Shown here: one piece after another, positions 58,462 through 64,000 of the stretch
Position numbering within the stretch: position 1 is the stretch's first letter
Layout of the letters: every line of letters begins with the position of its first letter
IMG/VR virus record: IMGVR_UViG_3300037325_000280
Strand: one strand, 5' to 3'
Source: an uncultured virus (IMG/VR IMGVR_UViG_3300037325_000280)
Taxonomy: Duplodnaviria; Heunggongvirae; Uroviricota; Caudoviricetes
Length of the DNA stretch: 64,000 nucleotides
Translations under genes and position numbers: made by a program
The notes under the pieces: model-generated
Told to the model about the DNA's origin: nothing
What the model saw: the letters and a program-made list of their open reading frames with translations, nothing else
Database searches by the model: none

Positions 58462-58992
58462 ATGAAATTAGCAAGTAAATCTAAAAAAAGATTAGATCTG
58501 CTTAACGCTATTCAAGAAGGAATATTAAAATTTAATATTCCTAAACCAATTAATACATCAGGACATGATAGTAAAAAAAATGACATTTACTCTCATGTTC
58601 TTTTAGTCTTAACTGAGTTTGTTATGATAAAACATAAGTTTTGTAGAGGTCTTGCCAGAGAAAAATCAAGAACTATGATTAAATGGGAAGGAAATTCCAA
58701 TACCAATGTAAAGGATATTCGATTTATGGGAATTACTAATAGACCTAAAATGACAATTGAAAGTGATGGCGTAATTATTGCAATCGAATCAATAGAAGGA
58801 GGTAACCTTTCAGTATTGAAAGAAGCTATAGCCCAATCTATGATATATTCAACTGCATATGATTTTGTAATCTATATGTTTGTTGATAATTCTAAAGAGC
58901 ATAGGATATTAAATGGATCTTCTCTAGAAAATGAGAAAAAATTCCTACAAAACATGTGGGATAATTTTAACGTAAAATTTACTATAATATAA
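58462..58992 (+). CDS. Hypothetical protein, possibly a degenerate PD-(D/E)xK fold
   Basis: RPKM...IAIESI...EAIAQSMIY. Confidence 0.4.
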   Translation: MKLASKSKKRLDLLNAIQEGILKFNIPKPINTSGHDSKKNDIYSHVLLVLTEFVMIKHKFCRGLAREKSRTMIKWEGNSNTNVKDIRFMGITNRPKMTIESDGVIIAIESIEGGNLSVLKEAIAQSMIYSTAYDFVIYMFVDNSKEHRILNGSSLENEKKFLQNMWDNFNVKFTII

Positions 58993-59511
58993 ATGAAAGT
59001 ATTTGTAACATCAAATCAACAATTCGGTCGACCATCTGCCATTAAGTCATATAAAAGACCATTCGATTCTGTCGAAGAAATGGATATGCAAATGATAGAG
59101 GCTTGGAATTCTGTCGTCAACAAAGAAGACATAGTATATGTTTTAGGTAATTTTGCATGGGACCCTGAAACTGCAGATTTAACTATGTCTCAACTAAATG
59201 GAGATATCATGGTAATAAGAGGCGAACATGATAATGCAGTTTCAGAAATCAATATGGCAATATCTAATCGATTCCACATGTTAGATAATGGAATTCAAGA
59301 ACACTCTGATCAAAATCTAGTGATGTCATATTGGCCCTTGGCCGACTGGCCAGGAAAATCAAAAGGATCATATTCAATCATAGGCATACCTGTCAAAAAA
59401 TACAAAACAAATCACAAAACTAAAATAATTAATTGCTCATGCGACTTATGGGAATTTAAGCCAATTGAAGTTATTAAAATAATAGAATTGTTCAATGATA
59501 TAACTATTTAA
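58993..59511 (+). CDS. Calcineurin-like metallophosphoesterase with degenerate metal ligands
   Basis: VFVTSNQQFG, RPF...EEMD..MI..WN..V...D.VYVLGNF, RGEHD. Confidence 0.75.
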   Translation: MKVFVTSNQQFGRPSAIKSYKRPFDSVEEMDMQMIEAWNSVVNKEDIVYVLGNFAWDPETADLTMSQLNGDIMVIRGEHDNAVSEINMAISNRFHMLDNGIQEHSDQNLVMSYWPLADWPGKSKGSYSIIGIPVKKYKTNHKTKIINCSCDLWEFKPIEVIKIIELFNDITI

Positions 59512-59512
59512 T

Positions 59513-59571
59513 TTAACATAAATTTAACAATTAATATTTTTTATAACATTATAAAATGATTATATTTACAT
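59513..59571 (+). promoter_or_regulatory. Class I promoter upstream of the ECF sigma gene
   Basis: TTAACA at 59513 and 59524; TATATTTA at 59561. Confidence 0.7.
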
Positions 59572-59592
59572 ATATATAAACAAATCAAATCT

Positions 59593-60189
59593 ATGGCAAC
59601 TTACAGAGAATTAACAGAGAATTTTTTACTAACCAGATCAGATGCAGATTTTACTGCTTTATTTTATAAAATTAAACCAGGGTTAACGTCATATGTAAAT
59701 AAGATAGTTAAAGATCGCGAGCTAGCAGAAGATATTTCTATAAATACTTTAACTAAAATGTGGACTAAAATTGATCAATACGATCCTCAGTATCAAATTA
59801 CCACATGGTTATACCGCATTGGATTCAATGATGCCTTAGGTCATATTAAAAATAGAAATAAACAATCATCACTTGATGTTCTTTCTGAGTTTGGTGTTGA
59901 AATTAATGAGGCAGGTGAATTTACAACAGGATTGCAAGGCGCATTTGATGATTATGAAATGAAAACCGAACAAGATTATCTAGATGAGGATAACGAACTA
60001 ATGGAAAATTACGGTAAAGTTTTAAATGCAATTGATTCATTGAAGGTGTTATACAAAGGTATCGTTGTTGATAGATTAATTAATGAAATGAAGTATGAGG
60101 ATATTGCCGAAAAGCACAACCTTCCATTACAAACAATTAAAAATAGAATCCACCGAGGAAAATCGATTATTGAAAAAATGGCAATATAA
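59593..60189 (+). CDS. ECF-type (sigma-70 group 4) sigma factor
   Basis: AEDI...KMW.KIDQYD...TTWLYRI..N (region 2); MKYEDIAE..NLPLQTIKNRIHRG (region 4 HTH). Confidence 0.88.
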   Translation: MATYRELTENFLLTRSDADFTALFYKIKPGLTSYVNKIVKDRELAEDISINTLTKMWTKIDQYDPQYQITTWLYRIGFNDALGHIKNRNKQSSLDVLSEFGVEINEAGEFTTGLQGAFDDYEMKTEQDYLDEDNELMENYGKVLNAIDSLKVLYKGIVVDRLINEMKYEDIAEKHNLPLQTIKNRIHRGKSIIEKMAI

Positions 60190-60404
60190 TGATTGTAGTA
60201 GTTTATCGAAAATCAGATAAATCAAAGACAAGATATATGACAGTTTTTGTAAATGAAAAAACGCCTGACAATATCCTAAAGATAGGAATGAGAAAACCAT
60301 TATTGTCAGATCAATTTATTCTAGATGAAATAGGAATTGGTGAAAGATTCATTGAAGACTATAAAACACAATACAAAATCACAAAGCATGCAATTCACGA
60401 ATGA
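60189..60404 (+). CDS. Hypothetical protein
   Basis: 71-aa ORF coupled to the sigma stop codon. Confidence 0.5.
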   Translation: MIVVVYRKSDKSKTRYMTVFVNEKTPDNILKIGMRKPLLSDQFILDEIGIGERFIEDYKTQYKITKHAIHE

Positions 60405-60627
60405 GCAAATAGATAGAATAATTGAAATGGCATGGGAGGATAGAACTCCATTTGATGCCATTGATTTTCAATTCGGTCTTAAAGAAAATGATGTTAGGAA
60501 GATAATGAGAACCAATCTAAAGGAAAGCTCATTTAAATTATGGAGAGAAAGAGTAAAAGGCAGATCGACTAAACATTCTCAAATGTCAGAAACTAGAAGA
60601 TTTAAATCTAAAAATCAGAAAAATTAA
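60388..60627 (+). CDS. DUF2805/TIGR03643-family protein
   Basis: RIIEMAWEDRTPFDAI..QFGL.E...SSFKLWRERV.GR.TKH. Confidence 0.8.
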   Translation: MQFTNEQIDRIIEMAWEDRTPFDAIDFQFGLKENDVRKIMRTNLKESSFKLWRERVKGRSTKHSQMSETRRFKSKNQKN

Positions 60628-60637
60628 CATAAATATA

Positions 60638-61059
60638 ATGAACAATACAAAAACAAATAAAGCCCTCGTTAAGGAACTCTTCCTTTTAAGAGGGCTGCCG
60701 TGACAGGATCTGGAAAAACAACACTAGCAAAATCAATTGGAGGTTATCATTATGAGGCAGATCAATACTTCACTGACGAAAATGGAGTATACTCTTTCGA
60801 TTTTTCCAAAATAAAATTAGCACATGAATCATGTAAACTAAATACAGTTGCGGCGATGCTAGCAAAGGCTTCTAGAATTGTAGTTTCAAACACATTTACA
60901 CAGGAATGGGAAATGCAATCATATCATGATATGGCAAAGGATTTTGGATATGTAGTATATTCATTGATTGTTGAAAATAGACATGATGGAAAAAACTCAC
61001 ATAATGTTCCTCAGGAATCATTAGATAAAATGAAACAAAGATTCGAAGTTAAGTTATAA
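60638..61059 (+). pseudogene. P-loop kinase (AAA_33/PNK-like) interrupted inside Walker A by a stop and frame change
   Basis: ATG 60638 reads ...KELFLLRGLP* (TGA 60701); GSGKTTLAK...EADQYF...VSNTF continues in the -1 frame. Confidence 0.7.
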
Positions 61060-61062
61060 AAA

Positions 61063-61121
61063 TTAACAAAGTATTAACACTCTAAATTTTTAATAGGTCA
61101 ATATATTGATTATATTTACAT
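61063..61121 (+). promoter_or_regulatory. Class I promoter
   Basis: TTAACA at 61063 and 61074; TATATTTA at 61111. Confidence 0.7.
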
Positions 61122-61146
61122 TATATCTAATTAAAACAAACACAAA

Positions 61147-61302
61147 ATGTACAGTTTAAACTCTCCGGATTACATTAAAGAATTTAGATCAATTGAAGAA
61201 TTAATTAGAGATATTGTAATCTCAGGTATAAGTAAACTTTTTGAAATTACAAAGGATGGAGTAGGACAACGAAACATTGCAATGGAATTAATAATAAGAT
61301 AA
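61147..61302 (+). CDS. Small hypothetical protein (51 aa)
   Basis: Read manually: MYSLNSPDYIKEFRSIEEL...LIIR*. Confidence 0.5.
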   Translation: MYSLNSPDYIKEFRSIEELIRDIVISGISKLFEITKDGVGQRNIAMELIIR

Positions 61303-61304
61303 CT

Positions 61305-61781
61305 ATGGAAAATGAATTTGTGCCTTATAAAGAAGCATTAGCTTTAAAGGAATTAGGATTTGATAAAGAATGTTTAGCTTATTATACTGAAAAAGAGTAT
61401 GAGAATAGAAAAGGAATACTTACTAATTTTAATTTACTTTTATCAAAAATAAGCGGTGAATTAGTAGGACATGGTTCTGTAAAAAATTCTTTATTTTCTT
61501 ATTTAAAAAACAATGACAGAACAAGTGGGGAATTGTATATCCTATCTAATTCTGTAACAGCACCACTTTACCAACAAGCTTTTGATTGGTTTAGAAAAAA
61601 TCATAATTTAGAATCATCTTTACCTTTGAAAAGAAGTAAAGATTTAGGAGATTTTTATGGAGGATACATAATACATAAATATGATAACCTTGGTAAATCT
61701 TACGGAACAAATTACAAAACTTATGAAAAAGCTAGATTAGGATGTCTTAAAAAATTAATAGAAATAGTTAAAAATAAATAA
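61305..61781 (+). CDS. Hypothetical phage protein
   Basis: FVPY..ALALKELGFD..C...APLYQQAF.WFR pattern. Confidence 0.65.
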   Translation: MENEFVPYKEALALKELGFDKECLAYYTEKEYENRKGILTNFNLLLSKISGELVGHGSVKNSLFSYLKNNDRTSGELYILSNSVTAPLYQQAFDWFRKNHNLESSLPLKRSKDLGDFYGGYIIHKYDNLGKSYGTNYKTYEKARLGCLKKLIEIVKNK

Positions 61782-61783
61782 AT

Positions 61784-62920
61784 ATGGAAAATTTAAATTC
61801 AGTATGTTACGTTGGTTTAGTTACGGAAATTAATGAAATTAAAGGGGCTGATTTTCTTGAATTAGCATTAATCGGAGGTTGGAGTTGTGTAACTAAGAAA
61901 AACGAATTTCAAACTGGTGATAAGATAGTGGTTGCAACAACCGATGCGGTCATTCCTGAGGCACTTTCAGATTTGATGGGTGTTACTACATATCTCAGAA
62001 AAGGTAACCGCGTGCGCACTGTGAAGTTACGAGGAGTATACTCCGAGTGTCTTCTTATTCCATTTAAGTATTTAGCACCGCAGTCTTTAGAAAAAAATTG
62101 TCCAGTTGGAACTGATATGATGTTAATGTTAGGTGTTACTAAATATGAGCCTCCTGTTAGACAAATTCAACTTGCTGGAGGTAGAAAAATTAAATATCGA
62201 GACAATCAAAACTTTCATGTTTATTACAAATTTCCAAATTTAAAAAATGTGGATGGAATGTTCAACGAAACAGACGAAGTTCAAATTACAAGAAAAATTC
62301 ACGGAACAAACGCGAGATTCGGTATTGTTAGAAAAAATAAATTATCTATATGGGATAATATTAAAAAATACTTAAAATTTCCGGGACATAAATTCATTGG
62401 ATATGAGTATGTATATGGTTCACATAATGTTGAAAAAGGAAGTGACTCACAAGGTTTCTATTCTACTGATGTTTGGTCTAATATTGCAAAGCAGTATGGG
62501 ATTAAAGAAAGTCTTTGGGAATATGCAAAAAACATACACACTAGTATTGGTGAAGGAATTGTAATTTATGGTGAAATTTATGGAGCAGGTATTCAAAAGA
62601 ACTATGAATACGGTTTAACAGATACTCAATTTGTTGCATTCGATATTAAACGAGATGGAGAATATTTATCACCAAAAACCACCGAATTCTTAATAAATGA
62701 AGAGTTTAATCTTCCACATGTCGAGGTATTACACTCTGGCCTTTGGTCTCAATCAGTGCAAGACGAATTTACATTCAAAAACTTTATTAAAGGAACAAAG
62801 GTTCCACACGAAGGCATTGTAATTAAGTATCATACTGGTGAAAGAAATAAAATAGCAAAGGTTATTAATCCAGACTATTTATGCTATAGTGAAGCAAATG
62901 ATGTAGAAGATTCCCATTAA
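61784..62920 (+). CDS. RNA ligase, DRB0094/Rnl2-like, with N-terminal OB (tRNA-binding-like) domain
   Basis: I.GAD.LE...GW, VRTVKLRGVYS, KIHGTN, YGEIYG.GIQK, FDI, EGIVIK, AKVIN. Confidence 0.85.
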   Translation: MENLNSVCYVGLVTEINEIKGADFLELALIGGWSCVTKKNEFQTGDKIVVATTDAVIPEALSDLMGVTTYLRKGNRVRTVKLRGVYSECLLIPFKYLAPQSLEKNCPVGTDMMLMLGVTKYEPPVRQIQLAGGRKIKYRDNQNFHVYYKFPNLKNVDGMFNETDEVQITRKIHGTNARFGIVRKNKLSIWDNIKKYLKFPGHKFIGYEYVYGSHNVEKGSDSQGFYSTDVWSNIAKQYGIKESLWEYAKNIHTSIGEGIVIYGEIYGAGIQKNYEYGLTDTQFVAFDIKRDGEYLSPKTTEFLINEEFNLPHVEVLHSGLWSQSVQDEFTFKNFIKGTKVPHEGIVIKYHTGERNKIAKVINPDYLCYSEANDVEDSH

Positions 62921-62937
62921 TATTAATGGGAATCTAT

Positions 62938-62968
62938 AAAAATGGTAGCTCATGAGCTACCATTTTTT
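62938..62968 (+). terminator. Intrinsic terminator
   Basis: aaaaatggtagctcatgagctaccattttttt. Confidence 0.8.
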
Positions 62969-63035
62969 TGTTTAGTACGTAAAGGCTATATATGAAATAA
63001 GTAGTCTTATAATAAATATTTTAAAATATAAAAAA

Positions 63036-63491
63036 ATGGATGTAAATTACAAAAAAATACTATTAGGAATGTTAGGTGAAAAGATAATTGCAAAACATTT
63101 AAGGGAACATGGATGTGTTGTTGAAGAATCATTAGATGTGTTTGATAGTATAAAGGATATGGTAGTAGATGGCATGAGTGTTGAAGTAAAGACAAATGCT
63201 CCATTATTTTATTATGATTCGTTTACTATACCACATAATCAATATAATAAGATTACAAAGTCACATCGAGTCTATTGGTTATCTGTTCCATTACAGACTA
63301 AAGAAGACCAATTTTCTGGCTGTATTTTTGAAATGGATCCTAATATTGCAAAGGTACATGAAATTAAGTTCAATGGCGGCAGATCTGTTATGGGTGTTAA
63401 ACGACAACAAGAAGGAATGAAGATTATTTATAAAATAACAGACATAAAATTATTAAATCATCTAAGGGAACTTTCGTCATCTTATATATAA
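63036..63491 (+). CDS. Putative PD-(D/E)xK nuclease-fold protein
   Basis: LG.LGE, KDMVVDGMSVEVKT. Confidence 0.55.
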   Translation: MDVNYKKILLGMLGEKIIAKHLREHGCVVEESLDVFDSIKDMVVDGMSVEVKTNAPLFYYDSFTIPHNQYNKITKSHRVYWLSVPLQTKEDQFSGCIFEMDPNIAKVHEIKFNGGRSVMGVKRQQEGMKIIYKITDIKLLNHLRELSSSYI

Positions 63492-63503
63492 GATATATAA
63501 TCT

Positions 63504-64000
63504 ATGAAAAAAATTAAATTATTTGAACAATTTATTGCGGAGCAATCTAATTTTCCAAGTCTATATAAAATATACTTAACAATTAACCCTACAAGTGGTC
63601 ATCGATGGTGGTCGTATAAGGATTTTGCAGGAGACAATTTCTTTATTCAGGTAACACTCGAAAATTATAAGGATTTAGATATTAATCCTGAATTTCCAGT
63701 GTTAACTTACAATTCTGAAGTTACACAGAAACTATTAGATGAGGGACTTATTAAGAAAGAAAATATATATAATTTACCTGAATTTATTAAATTATCTGGT
63801 TCTAAATCAGTATTTCACAAGATGGTTAAAGGTGATGAAAATATTCCAAAAACAGTACATGGCACTGAAGAAGCCCTGGAAATAGGATTTCCTTTGATAG
63901 GCAAACCTGCTAAGGGACATTCAGGAATAGGCATTCAGATATTTAAAAATCAATCAGAATGGGATGCAGCAGATCACACAAAATTAGATGTTTACTCAGA
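63504..64000 (+). CDS. ATP-grasp (RimK-like) protein, 3'-partial, with MKKIKLFEQFIAE N-terminus
   Basis: Read manually: ...IYNLPE...SK...NIPKT...FPLIGKPAKGHSGIGIQIF; GATATATA at 63492. Confidence 0.7.
   Translation, partial: MKKIKLFEQFIAEQSNFPSLYKIYLTINPTSGHRWWSYKDFAGDNFFIQVTLENYKDLDINPEFPVLTYNSEVTQKLLDEGLIKKENIYNLPEFIKLSGSKSVFHKMVKGDENIPKTVHGTEEALEIGFPLIGKPAKGHSGIGIQIFKNQSEWDAADHTKLDVYS

Noticed and set aside
1..64000. Alternative genetic code (TAG or TGA recoding, as in some large phages)
   Set aside because: Core genes are full length in code 11 and TAG ends genuine genes such as nrdB; the breaks are explained by inteins or local lesions

Overview
AT-rich, almost entirely plus-strand segment of a large T4-like contractile-tailed (myovirus) dsDNA phage. 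The host is probably a Bacteroidetes member, inferred from A-rich leaders without Shine-Dalgarno sequences and TAnnTTTA -7-like promoters. The window holds: putative virion-internal proteins with a T4 capsid-targeting-like motif; a TROVE/DUF2828-vWA (Ro60-like) gene with a downstream structured RNA; a DNA-modification cassette; a replication/recombination block (two-piece PolB, NrdB, NrdA, clamp, UvsX, gp41, gp46/47, gp44/62, RNase H); late sigma gp55; head and tail genes; and an accessory region with an ECF sigma, Nei glycosylase, PNK parts and an RNA ligase. Three essential genes (nrdA, uvsX, terL) are fractured by split inteins with a free-standing endonuclease gene between the halves. Main highlights: a ~620-nt ORF-free cluster of tRNA-mimic and Y-RNA-like structures (54.9-55.5 kb); the TACAGCAA stem RNAs after the TROVE gene; three promoter classes readable from the sequence; and a candidate +1 frameshift joining the gp26- and gp51-like ORFs. 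All protein calls come from motif recognition by eye and all RNA folds were paired by hand; no database search or folding program was run.
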